Positions 1 to 7,682 of a DNA stretch of 20,000 nucleotides are shown piece after piece (the stretch's first letter is position 1; every line of letters begins with the position of its first letter). The position numbers and the translations under genes are program-made. The stretch is from the IMG/VR virus record IMGVR_UViG_3300008108_000113. The stretch is one strand, 5' to 3'. Under the pieces are notes generated by a model. The model had not been told where the DNA came from, made no database searches, and saw nothing but the letters and a program-made list of their open reading frames with translations. The stretch comes from an uncultured virus (IMG/VR IMGVR_UViG_3300008108_000113) (lineage: Duplodnaviria; Heunggongvirae; Uroviricota; Caudoviricetes).

Positions 1-156
1 AAATATGGAAGAATATTAGGCTGGGTATATTTAGATGGATCAAGTATTTCTATAAATGAGCAAATGATCGCTGATGGTTACGCTTGGGGATATCTAGGAG
101 ACACAAAAGTAAAAGACTTCGAGGCACTTGCAAAGATAAGGGCTAAAAAGAAGTAG
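1..156 (+). CDS. Thermonuclease (SNase-like), C-terminal part; 5' end outside window
   Basis: Frame 1 reads KYGRILGWVYLDGSSISINEQMIADGYAWGY...KKK*, matching the SNase (D)KYGRxLA..N..Lv..GxA motif; TAG at 154-156. Confidence 0.8.
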   Translation, partial: KYGRILGWVYLDGSSISINEQMIADGYAWGYLGDTKVKDFEALAKIRAKKK

Positions 157-182
157 ACAAACTATAAATATTTTGTTATAAT
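154..182 (+). promoter_or_regulatory. SigA/sigma70-type promoter for hsp20
   Basis: TAGACA (154-159), 17 bp spacer, TATAAT (177-182) with extended-10 TG (174-175). Confidence 0.75.
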
Positions 183-188
183 AATATA

Positions 189-247
189 TGGATCGCTCAA
201 TAGAGGGTCCATATATTAACTTATTCGCTTGAAGGAGGAATAAAATG
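189..247 (+). promoter_or_regulatory. Two-hairpin 5' UTR; ROSE-like RNA thermometer candidate
   Basis: Hairpin 1 spans 189-211. In hairpin 2, TTATTCGCTT (221-230) pairs with GAGGAATAA (235-243) with G227 bulged, putting U(U/C)GCU opposite the SD just before ATG 245. Confidence 0.6.
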
Positions 248-554
248 GTAACACAATTTGCTATGGATCTTTTTAAGGATCCATTTTTTATTGGTTTCAA
301 CCGAGAGTTGGAACGATTTAATAGTCTAAGTATCTATAGAGGACGGAAGTCTTTGGATTACTGGTGAAATCACAGAGGTAATTGATGCAGAGGTTGTTCA
401 TAAAGGAATAGCTGCACGTAAATTTACTAGAATCTTTGAACTAAGTGAGTACATGGAAGTTTCTAATGTTGAACTTAAAGATGGTATGCTACATATCAGA
501 GTAATTAGAAATGTTCCAGCAGAAAAGAAGCCAAAGATTCTAAAAATTAAATAA
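245..554 (+). pseudogene. hsp20: Small heat-shock protein (Hsp20/alpha-crystallin) with internal deletion and frameshift near 330
   Basis: ATG 245 frame gives MVTQFAMDLFKDPFFIGFNRELERFNSLS and stops at TGA 365-367. Another frame from 330 gives VSIEDGSLWITGE...HKGIAARKFTRIFELSEYMEVSNVELKDGMLHIRV...PKILKIK* (TAA 552-554). The usual PPYD/N...AVAGF segment is absent. Confidence 0.85.
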
Positions 555-573
555 TCTTCGATTCGCTACCGAA

Positions 574-603
574 GGAGACCTGAGCAAGTCTTTAAAAGGC
601 TCA
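574..603 (+). ncRNA. Candidate compact H-type pseudoknot between hsp20 and the fmdB-like gene
   Basis: AGAC (576-579) pairs with GTCT (588-591); loop TGAGC (581-585) pairs with GCTCA (599-603); A-rich linker. Confidence 0.4.
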
Positions 604-622
604 CTACAATCAAAGGATAAAA

Positions 623-811
623 ATGCCAGTATATGAGTATAAGTGTACAGAAGATGAGTCACATGCACTTCTTTCTGTGACAAGATCTATCTCTGAGGAT
701 GACCCAGGATATGTTTGTGAAGAATGTGAGTCTTTAATGTCTAGACACTTCACCCCATTTGGCGTACAATTTAAGGGCCAAGGCTTTTATAAAACTGATA
801 ATCCTAAGTAA
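623..811 (+). CDS. FmdB-family zinc-ribbon regulatory protein
   Basis: MPVYEYKC...CEEC...FKGQGFYKTD signature; SD AAGGA upstream. Confidence 0.85.
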   Translation: MPVYEYKCTEDESHALLSVTRSISEDDPGYVCEECESLMSRHFTPFGVQFKGQGFYKTDNPK

Positions 812-825
812 TTAAAACTTAAATC

Positions 826-875
826 TGATATAATTACTATGTAATGCAACAAGTGTGTTACTTAGGAGATCCTAA
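826..875 (+). promoter_or_regulatory. Extended -10 promoter with structured leader
   Basis: TGATATAAT (826-834); hairpin 841-861; TTAGG-AGAT-CCTAA hairpin (862-875) covers the AGGAG SD before TTG 876. Confidence 0.55.
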
Positions 876-3320
876 TTGAGCAGAAAGTTTAGATTACTAC
901 TTGTCAGCCTACTTTCATTTGGCTGGCTTCTTGCAATTCCAGCCGCAAATGCTGTGCAGGGATTAAATTTAGAAGCATACGATTGTGGATGGTACTATAA
1001 TCAATCTCCCCCAGAGGGATGTAACACAACGGGACAATCTCTTGGAGTTGTTCCTTATATAGATTTTAATGATGGAAGTAGCGGCCCATTAGGAGTTTCA
1101 GAAGACTATCAATATCATTGGTCTGGATATTTACAACAAACAAATGGCTTAACTGTACAATTTAGAGCATGCTCTGATGATGGCATGAGACTATACATTA
1201 ATGGACAGCTAATCGTAAACAACTGGTTTGATAGAGGCGGACAGTGTGGCTTGCCAGTTTCATATGCCATGACAAATAATGATTGGGTTCCAATAGACGT
1301 ATGGTTTTATGAAAATGGCGGAGGATCAAATGGTAGTCTTCAATGGAATATTGGAGATGGTTGGGTAGTAGTCCCATCATCTGTATTTAGCACAACTCAG
1401 GTTGCACCTGTAGTAAAAACAATAGGTGCCCCAAGAAATTTAACAATTAGCAGTGGAGAAACATCAACAGTGTTAAGTTGGGAGCCTCCAAATACTGGAA
1501 ATACTCAGCCAGAAAGATATGCGATTAGTTTTAATTGTACTGGTTGCAATGGCTGGGGAATTGCTACTGGAAATGTTGGCGGACCAAATTCCTTAAATAC
1601 AACAATTACAATTGATAATTCCTTGCTAAATGGACTTATGCCAGCAGGAACTATATGGTCATTTCATATCAGATCTGACAATGATACATTCTCTCTTTAC
1701 TCTGAAAATTCAAATGTTGTTACTGGTTCTACATATGTAGCACCTGCTCCAGAACCTTATGTTGCAGCACCTTTACCATTTAATTATACCTATAGAGTAG
1801 ACGAAAATGGATCGTTTAGCATCAATGCTCCATCTGGGAAAATGATAGAAACAATTACAGCATGGTATGGTGATCCTAATGATGGAAATTACGGAGCACT
1901 TGTGACAGATACCCTAACAGCCTCACATAGTGGAGAAACAACAACCGTAATTTATGCAAACAACGATGTGTTTGGAGATCCAGTTCCAGGAGTAGGAAAA
2001 ATTTTAATTGCCAATGTAACGTTTATTGATCTGCCTGGACCAACACCAGAAGAAATAGCTGCTCAGCAAGAAGCGGAGTCTGAAACAGTCAGACAAAATC
2101 AAGCTAGTGCTGCTGTATTAATTTATGAGACGGCAACAATGACAAGTCTATCTGATTATAATCCAATAACTGGATTAAAGGATGCAGCACAATCATTAGT
2201 AGACTTAGTTAGAAATTTAGCTGCTAAGGCTGGATTTCAATCTAGAATTGATTATAAATCCGCATCTATAAATGATACTAAAGTCAGGCTTGAGGCAGAA
2301 CAGGCAGCCATTGTTGCTGAAGCAGCAAGACTTGAACAGGAACGTTTAGCTGCAATTGCAGCAGCACAGGCTGCTGCAGAAGCACAGGCTAGAGCAGAGG
2401 CACAGGCTGCTGCAGAAGCTAAGGCTAAAGCAGAACAAGAAGCCAAAGAAAAAGCAGAAGCAGAGGCCAAAGCTGAAGAAGAGCGGCTAAAAGCAGAAGC
2501 AGAGGCCAAAGCAGAAGAAGAAAGATTAAAGGCAGAACAAGAGGCTAAGGAAAAAGCAGAAGCTGAAGAGAAGGCTAAAATAGAGGCTGAAGAAAAAGCA
2601 AAGGCAGAACAAGAAGCAAAAGAAAGGGCCGAAGCAGAAGCTAAAGCGGAAGAAGAAAGATTAAAGGCTGAAGCAGAAGCAGAGGCCAAGGCGGAAGAAG
2701 AGGCAAAGGCTAAAGCTGAAGAGGATCGTATAAAGGCTGAAGAAGAAGCAAAGCTATTAGAAGAAAAAGAAAAGGCTGCTGCTGAAGAAAAAGCAAAAGA
2801 AGAAGAACTAAATCAGGCTGAAGAAGATGCAAAAGATGGTAAAGAATTAACTGAAGAGCAAAAGGAAGTCGTAGTTGAGGCATTATTAGAAAACCTTAAG
2901 CCTGGTGAAGCTGTTACAGCAGCAGCAATTGCTGCATCTGGAATTTCTTATTCAGATCTTCCGCCAGAAACACCAGTTGAATTAAGAACAGATATAAATG
3001 GAAATGAAGTTGTTATAACTGCAGAAGTTGCAGCGCAGGTTGAATTAATAACAGACCCAGGCGCATTTGCTCAAGAATTATTTAGCGACCCAGTAGCTGC
3101 TCTTGCTGCCCTTGGAAGTATTGGCGCTGATATGTCAGATGAAGAAAGAAAAGAATCAACAGAGGCTGTCGTGGCTACGGTTATTGCAGCAGGTGCTGCC
3201 ATAAACGCTGTAGGGGCTGCCACAGCTGGCGGAGCACCATCAGGAGGATCAACTGGTGGAGGAAATTCTGGAGGGTCTGGAAACGGCTCTACGGGGTCGA
3301 GGAGGAACGGAAAATGGTAA
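876..3320 (+). CDS. Exported surface protein: signal peptide, PA14, FN3-like, SUEL/Gal-lectin-like domain, charged helical stalk, C-terminal hydrophobic anchor
   Basis: Signal peptide ending AANA; PA14 motif SDDGMRLYINGQLIVNNW...WFYENGGG; FN3-like APRNL..LSWEPP; NNDVFGDPVPGVGKIL resembles the SUEL FGDPCPG.K.L motif; long A/E/K repeats; hydrophobic VVATVIAAGAAINAVGAA. Confidence 0.8.
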   Translation: MSRKFRLLLVSLLSFGWLLAIPAANAVQGLNLEAYDCGWYYNQSPPEGCNTTGQSLGVVPYIDFNDGSSGPLGVSEDYQYHWSGYLQQTNGLTVQFRACSDDGMRLYINGQLIVNNWFDRGGQCGLPVSYAMTNNDWVPIDVWFYENGGGSNGSLQWNIGDGWVVVPSSVFSTTQVAPVVKTIGAPRNLTISSGETSTVLSWEPPNTGNTQPERYAISFNCTGCNGWGIATGNVGGPNSLNTTITIDNSLLNGLMPAGTIWSFHIRSDNDTFSLYSENSNVVTGSTYVAPAPEPYVAAPLPFNYTYRVDENGSFSINAPSGKMIETITAWYGDPNDGNYGALVTDTLTASHSGETTTVIYANNDVFGDPVPGVGKILIANVTFIDLPGPTPEEIAAQQEAESETVRQNQASAAVLIYETATMTSLSDYNPITGLKDAAQSLVDLVRNLAAKAGFQSRIDYKSASINDTKVRLEAEQAAIVAEAARLEQERLAAIAAAQAAAEAQARAEAQAAAEAKAKAEQEAKEKAEAEAKAEEERLKAEAEAKAEEERLKAEQEAKEKAEAEEKAKIEAEEKAKAEQEAKERAEAEAKAEEERLKAEAEAEAKAEEEAKAKAEEDRIKAEEEAKLLEEKEKAAAEEKAKEEELNQAEEDAKDGKELTEEQKEVVVEALLENLKPGEAVTAAAIAASGISYSDLPPETPVELRTDINGNEVVITAEVAAQVELITDPGAFAQELFSDPVAALAALGSIGADMSDEERKESTEAVVATVIAAGAAINAVGAATAGGAPSGGSTGGGNSGGSGNGSTGSRRNGKW
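2360..2830 (+). repeat. Coding tandem repeats (AEAEAKAEEERLK and AEQEAKEK units)
   Basis: Degenerate 39-bp and 24-bp units such as gcagaagcagaggccaaagc(t/a)gaagaaga; boundaries approximate. Confidence 0.8.
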
Positions 3321-3484
3321 AGATACTAAAAGATATGGTTGACCAGCTATGGACCCTGCTTGGCATGTTTATTGCTTGGGTTGTTTTGGACGGAAGTGCA
3401 AAAACAATAGTTGGCTATGCAATAATATGTACACTCATTGCATGGGTAATTACATACCCATTGCGTAATAGAGAGGAGGACTAA
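3314..3484 (+). CDS. 56-aa two-TM membrane protein, coupled to the upstream gene (not in ORF track)
   Basis: GGAGGA SD, ATG 3314: MVKILKDMVDQLWTLLGMFIAWVVLDGSAKTIVGYAIICTLIAWVITYPLRNREED*. Confidence 0.8.
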   Translation: MVKILKDMVDQLWTLLGMFIAWVVLDGSAKTIVGYAIICTLIAWVITYPLRNREED

Positions 3485-3486
3485 CT

Positions 3487-3798
3487 ATGGAAAGCGTAAA
3501 AAATATTAAAAATATAATAATGCGTATAGTAGCAGTCTTCGCCGCAAATGGCTTGGCTGTTATTGGAGCAGGAGCAATTGCTGGTATTTCTACGGCTAAG
3601 GCTATAACTGTGGCAGGACTCACAGCCGTTGCAGCCGTAATTGAAAAGCTGGCTCGTGCATTTATGGATGACGGAAAGCTTACAGCAGATGAAATTAATT
3701 CTGCATTTTCTACCGTTGATAAAGGTGCAAAAACTGTTGCCGATGTAGAAGTAGAGGAAAGACGAGCTTCTCAAAAAGCTAAAGCCAATAAGGGCTAA
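3487..3798 (+). CDS. Membrane protein, 103 aa (two hydrophobic segments, DDGKLTADEI EF-hand-like motif; holin-like size)
   Basis: SD GAGGAGG; hydrophobic N-half; charged C-tail. Confidence 0.7.
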   Translation: MESVKNIKNIIMRIVAVFAANGLAVIGAGAIAGISTAKAITVAGLTAVAAVIEKLARAFMDDGKLTADEINSAFSTVDKGAKTVADVEVEERRASQKAKANKG

Positions 3799-3816
3799 AA
3801 ATGGTATACTAGTAAC

Positions 3817-3960
3817 ATGAATATTTACAAGGTGTCCTTGGAGGTAGAGGTAGAAGTCGAAGCCTTTACCTCTGAGGACGCTTCTGAATATATATATGAT
3901 ATTTTTAATGTAGATGATGAGATTAAAAAGGTTAATATAGTTAGTATTAAGGAGAAGTAA
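3817..3960 (+). CDS. 47-aa acidic hypothetical protein, probably leaderless (not in ORF track)
   Basis: MNIYKVSLEVEVEVEAFTSEDASEYIYDIFNVDDEIKKVNIVSIKEK*; TGGTATACT ends 6 nt before ATG. Confidence 0.7.
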   Translation: MNIYKVSLEVEVEVEAFTSEDASEYIYDIFNVDDEIKKVNIVSIKEK

Positions 3961-3961
3961 G

Positions 3962-4834
3962 ATGGCAAAAGAAGGATACAAGCCAACTGCAGGAATGCAG
4001 TCTGCTGCTCGTAGAGCAATTAAACTAAAAGAGCAGGGCAAGGCCAAAGGTGCGGGAACCGCTGTAGGGTGGACTCGTGCAGGACAATTGGCTAGAGGTG
4101 AGACACTTAGTCTTTCAACAGTAAAGCGGATGTATTCTTATTTTTCCCGTCATGAAGTAGATAAAAAGGGTAAGGACTGGGATAATTCAGAAAGTCCTTC
4201 AAATGGAAAGATTATGTGGTTAGCATGGGGCGGAGACGCAGGTTTCTCTTGGTCTCGTAAAATAGTAGAGAGAGAGAAAAATATGAAGAAATCAATTACA
4301 ACAAATGAGTTGGTAGAAGAGATTAAAGATATATTAGATGATGTAGTTAATCCAGTAGATACAGTAGTAGAAATTGCAGATGACGAGGAAGTTACAAAAG
4401 CCTTGCGCTCTGAAATTACAAAAGAGCAGCTTGGTATGGTTATAGAACACCTTATGGAAGCAATTGAATCGATGATTGAAGTTCCAGAAGAAGAGGAAGA
4501 AGACTCAGAATCAGAGTCAGAAGATATTGAAGTTGAAAATGGAAATCCTGCTCCAATTGGAGATCCAGAAAAAAATGATGTTAATTGGCCAGTAACAAAA
4601 GTAGATGGCCAAACTGATATAGAGACTGAAAATGAAACCTATAAATCAGATAATCAGGACGAAGATAAATGGGATAATGAAATGCAGAAATGCTGGTCTG
4701 GATATACTCAACGTGGTATGAAAGAAAAGGGTGGCAGAATGGTTCCAAATTGTGTCCCAGTAGAAAAAGCAGAAGATTTATCTGAAGCGGATCAGGTTAA
4801 AAAATCATTTTGGGGTAAAGTATTTATAAAATAA
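3962..4834 (+). CDS. Putative head-associated/internal virion protein
   Basis: N-domain PTAGM..AARRA..RAGQLA..LS.STVKRM.SYFSRH..WLAWGGDAG is a module I associate with phage head genes; acidic linker; CWSGY..GMKEKGGRMVPNCVP motif; ends KKSFWGKVFIK. Confidence 0.55.
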   Translation: MAKEGYKPTAGMQSAARRAIKLKEQGKAKGAGTAVGWTRAGQLARGETLSLSTVKRMYSYFSRHEVDKKGKDWDNSESPSNGKIMWLAWGGDAGFSWSRKIVEREKNMKKSITTNELVEEIKDILDDVVNPVDTVVEIADDEEVTKALRSEITKEQLGMVIEHLMEAIESMIEVPEEEEEDSESESEDIEVENGNPAPIGDPEKNDVNWPVTKVDGQTDIETENETYKSDNQDEDKWDNEMQKCWSGYTQRGMKEKGGRMVPNCVPVEKAEDLSEADQVKKSFWGKVFIK

Positions 4835-4838
4835 TCCA

Positions 4839-4892
4839 TTGACAGAGCCGCAACTCTTGCTGTATAATATATATAGTTGTTGCGGTTTTGTT
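4839..4892 (+). promoter_or_regulatory. Promoter for tRNA-Asn nested in an inverted repeat
   Basis: TTGACA (4839-4844), 18 bp, TATAAT (4863-4868); arms GACAGAGCCGCAAC (4841-4854) and GTTGCGGTTTTGTT (4879-4892) pair using G-U. Confidence 0.65.
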
Positions 4893-4894
4893 AT

Positions 4895-4967
4895 TGGTCC
4901 ATAGCTCAGTTGGTAGAGCGCCGAACTGTTAATTCGGATGTCCCAGGATCGAGGCCTGGTGGATCAG
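4895..4967 (+). tRNA. tRNA-Asn (GTT); CCA not encoded
   Basis: Acceptor TGGTCCA/TGGATCA, D arm GCTC/GAGC, anticodon arm CCGAA-CTGTTAA-TTCGG, T arm CCAGG-ATCGAGG-CCTGG. Confidence 0.93.
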
Positions 4968-5003
4968 CTAAGAATCTAGGCGGACTTACTAGATAGGGAA
5001 AAA

Positions 5004-5237
5004 ATGCTTAACCTTACACTAAAGGGTGTAGAAGTTTTTATGAATAGATCAAAGACCAAAAGTCAGGAATCATTTTGGGATAATTACGATCTTATAATAT
5101 GGAAAAAAGATAGCGGCGGATATACTAACATCAAGGGGATGTTTAGAAAAAATTCATGGGGTACAGCAGAAACAATTTCTGTTGATGATCATGGGATATG
5201 GAAGCTGCCTTTAAAATATGTCAAGCATTTTAAATGA
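5004..5237 (+). CDS. Hypothetical phage protein, 77 aa
   Basis: ORF with purine-rich leader, overlapping whiB start. Confidence 0.7.
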   Translation: MLNLTLKGVEVFMNRSKTKSQESFWDNYDLIIWKKDSGGYTNIKGMFRKNSWGTAETISVDDHGIWKLPLKYVKHFK

Positions 5238-5517
5238 TTTAGGTATAGACAAAGAGGATTTTGACTGGTTTGATTTTGCGATATGCAAAGGAATGGACAC
5301 TAACCTATTCTTTGATCAATACGAAACAGATATAAATATAGCACAAAATATTGATCAAGCATGCATATCCTGCCCAGTAAAAAAGAATTGCTTGTTAGCA
5401 GGGCAGACAAATAATGAGTACGGTGTTTGGGGAGGAATATATTTATCAGCAGGATCTATTGATACAAATAAAAATATTCATAAGACACCAGATGTCTGGA
5501 AAAGGCTAAAAAAATGA
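5218..5517 (+). CDS. whiB: WhiB-family Fe-S transcriptional regulator
   Basis: Four Cys (AICKG...CISCPVKKNC), LFF and GVWGG turn motif. Confidence 0.92.
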   Translation: MSSILNDLGIDKEDFDWFDFAICKGMDTNLFFDQYETDINIAQNIDQACISCPVKKNCLLAGQTNNEYGVWGGIYLSAGSIDTNKNIHKTPDVWKRLKK

Positions 5518-5834
5518 CTTTTATAGATAGAAGTAAGAATCACTTTAAGTTCGGGGTAAATGAATGGACTGGTGATCCAAACAAGCCAGTATTTTATACA
5601 GATGAGATGCGTAAAAAGGTAAGAGAGATACCAAAGCCTACATATGATTTGCTTATGGATATTGTTATGTATCCAGAATTTTTAGCAATCAGACTTTACG
5701 AGGATAACTTTTTACAGTTTAGTGGTAATAAAAAAGAAATGGTAATTGATTACGTTTCAAAAGTTAAAAATCTAATAGAATCTTACGGAGTAAGATGTGA
5801 ATTGGAAGGTGCCCCAAGTGATAGAGTATTATGA
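5514..5834 (+). CDS. Hypothetical phage protein, 106 aa
   Basis: ATGA overlap with the whiB stop. Confidence 0.75.
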   Translation: MTFIDRSKNHFKFGVNEWTGDPNKPVFYTDEMRKKVREIPKPTYDLLMDIVMYPEFLAIRLYEDNFLQFSGNKKEMVIDYVSKVKNLIESYGVRCELEGAPSDRVL

Positions 5835-6015
5835 TAGAGTCCCGATAGCATATATTTTTGATGAAAAAACTACAGGCACCGTAGAGACTCTTGGTGCATA
5901 TGTGTCAATTATTAAGTATATAAAAGATGGAATAGAAACAACAGAAAGCATAAACAATGAAGATTTTGTCATTATAGATGAAATCGTATTTCAACACTCT
6001 GAGGAAGAAAACTAA
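5797..6015 (+). CDS. Hypothetical phage protein; start uncertain
   Basis: Fills the gap between coupled genes; TAATG overlap with the next gene. Confidence 0.65.
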   Translation: MNWKVPQVIEYYDRVPIAYIFDEKTTGTVETLGAYVSIIKYIKDGIETTESINNEDFVIIDEIVFQHSEEEN

Positions 6016-6251
6016 TGGAAAAAATATTATGTTACTCATGCAATAAGACAAAAAATCAGTTGCATGTCAGGAGATCATCTCTTCTCCCAATAAATTTACT
6101 AATGTGCGAGACATGCATATCCTCTAAGTTTGAGCCTAGATGGGTCGTTATTTTGGCAGGAAGACAGAATGGTTCTGAAATCGTAAGAGACTTTGTATTG
6201 AAGAAAAGATACATTGGAAATGATATTTCAGCATCAGAACTATTAGTTTAA
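6015..6251 (+). CDS. Zinc-finger-like hypothetical protein
   Basis: CYSC and CETC pairs. Confidence 0.7.
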   Translation: MEKILCYSCNKTKNQLHVRRSSLLPINLLMCETCISSKFEPRWVVILAGRQNGSEIVRDFVLKKRYIGNDISASELLV

Positions 6252-6282
6252 TTATATATATACTGGTATAATATTACCTATA

Positions 6283-6588
6283 ATGGTAATTGATGCTAAC
6301 TCTATAATTATTGCTATTCTTGCCTCTATACTAAGTGGGGCTGGAACTGCTTTAATTGCGATAATTAATGAAAATAAAAAAGAAAAGGTTCGTCAGTACG
6401 AAAAAGCTCAGGATGAGCTTAAAATGGACTTGAAAGACCTTCAAATTAAATTGTATAAATTAGAAAAAGATCTTTCTGAATGGAAGGATAAATATTATTC
6501 CACTATACAAGAGCTGATATCAGTTCGTGCTGAATTAGAAGAGACCCTAATTAAATTATCTTTAATTCATTTAGAAAATGAGGGCTAG
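6283..6588 (+). CDS. N-terminal TM helix plus coiled-coil protein
   Basis: IIIAILASILSGAGTALIAII followed by heptad-rich helix; TGGTATAAT at 6264-6272. Confidence 0.75.
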   Translation: MVIDANSIIIAILASILSGAGTALIAIINENKKEKVRQYEKAQDELKMDLKDLQIKLYKLEKDLSEWKDKYYSTIQELISVRAELEETLIKLSLIHLENEG

Positions 6589-6620
6589 CACTACGAATTT
6601 AAAAATAGTATACTAGTATT

Positions 6621-7175
6621 ATGACCTGCATAGTTGCTATTGCTCAAAATGGGACCGTTTATATGGGATCCGACCATGCCGCATCAGATGATAAAACTGG
6701 GTGGATCCTGTCCAGAAGAGAGCCAAAAGTTTTTAAGGTTGGGCAGTATGGTGTAGCTTTTACAGATAGCTTCAGAATGGGTCAGATATTGCAATATAAT
6801 TGGAACCCTCCAAAATATACCCCTACTAAAACTAATTCAGGATTAGATAAGTTTATGCGTACAAAATTTATTGATTCAGTAAAACAAGCATTTAAAGACA
6901 ATGGTTATGGAACAATTGGTGGGTCAGAAGAAGACTCAGGTGGAATATTTATAATTGGTGTAGAGGGAAGAATCTTTACTATAGATGAAGACTTTCATGT
7001 CGGAGAAAACATAGTTAATTATATGGCAGAGGGTAGCGGAGCGTTCTTTGCCCTAGGCGCATTGCATGCGACAAAAAATCAAAAGAACCCTAAGATGAGG
7101 CTAAAGGCAGCATTAGAAGCATCTGCAGAATTTTCAATGAGCGTATCTCCCCCATTTACATACATTCAAGTTTAA
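6621..7175 (+). CDS. Ntn-hydrolase, proteasome-beta/HslV-like peptidase
   Basis: N-terminal M-T-C-I-V (Thr1 nucleophile after Met removal), GSD, later GSG..ALGAL; TATACT 6 nt before ATG. Confidence 0.8.
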   Translation: MTCIVAIAQNGTVYMGSDHAASDDKTGWILSRREPKVFKVGQYGVAFTDSFRMGQILQYNWNPPKYTPTKTNSGLDKFMRTKFIDSVKQAFKDNGYGTIGGSEEDSGGIFIIGVEGRIFTIDEDFHVGENIVNYMAEGSGAFFALGALHATKNQKNPKMRLKAALEASAEFSMSVSPPFTYIQV

Positions 7176-7190
7176 GGTATAATGGTAGTT

Positions 7191-7517
7191 ATGAAACTAT
7201 TTAAAATATTAGCTAGTCTCTCTACAGTATATGCAGGGTTTCGTTTTGTGCAAAGTATTTTAAGTAAGTACGCTGTCGGAATATATTATGTAGACAAAGA
7301 AGAAGAAAAGAAGATAGAGGAAGACAATTCTGGAATTCCAAAAAATGCAATGGATCTTCGTGGAACACCAACCCACCAGTGCATTTGCGGAAATGAAGTT
7401 TGGAATCTTCAAGTACTCTTTAGCGATTATGAAATTGCTACATATTATTTAGACATGCATTGTGTCCAGTGTGGCAGTGTAGCAACTGCTCCAACCCCAG
7501 TAGATAGAGAAGTATAA
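7191..7517 (+). CDS. Hypothetical protein with N-terminal hydrophobic segment and CxC...CxxC metal site
   Basis: HQCICG and HCVQCG; start set at ATG 7191, 7 nt after TATAAT 7178-7183. Confidence 0.7.
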   Translation: MKLFKILASLSTVYAGFRFVQSILSKYAVGIYYVDKEEEKKIEEDNSGIPKNAMDLRGTPTHQCICGNEVWNLQVLFSDYEIATYYLDMHCVQCGSVATAPTPVDREV

Positions 7518-7518
7518 A

Positions 7519-7680
7519 ATGAGAAAATCAGAAAGAATCAGACAGTTAGAGCTTGAAATGGTAAGAATTCAATTTCATCTTGAGGTAATTACTTCAGCCC
7601 TAACATCTTTTATGGAGCAAAACCAGATGTCAATCCCAGACCTAGATTCTGGTAAATGGTACGACAAAAAGGCAAAGTAA
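7519..7680 (+). CDS. 53-aa hypothetical protein (not in ORF track)
   Basis: MRKSERIRQLELEMVRIQFHLEVITSALTSFMEQNQMSIPDLDSGKWYDKKAK*; abuts both neighbours. Confidence 0.75.
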   Translation: MRKSERIRQLELEMVRIQFHLEVITSALTSFMEQNQMSIPDLDSGKWYDKKAK

Positions 7681-7682
7681 GT

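Noticed and set aside
94..300. Minus-strand 68-aa ORF
   Set aside because: Overlaps the nuclease end, promoter and hsp20 start on the + strand; no coding features.
2252..2689. Minus-strand S/A-rich 145-aa ORF
   Set aside because: Antisense shadow of the A/E/K repeat region; the repeats have no unique spacers, so it is also not CRISPR.
3481..4047. Minus-strand 188-aa and 64-aa ORFs
   Set aside because: Antisense to three well-supported + strand genes.
6585..6620. TAGCACT resembling half of a CIRCE operator
   Set aside because: The second arm GAGTGCTAA is absent; better explained as the upstream part of the 6621 promoter.
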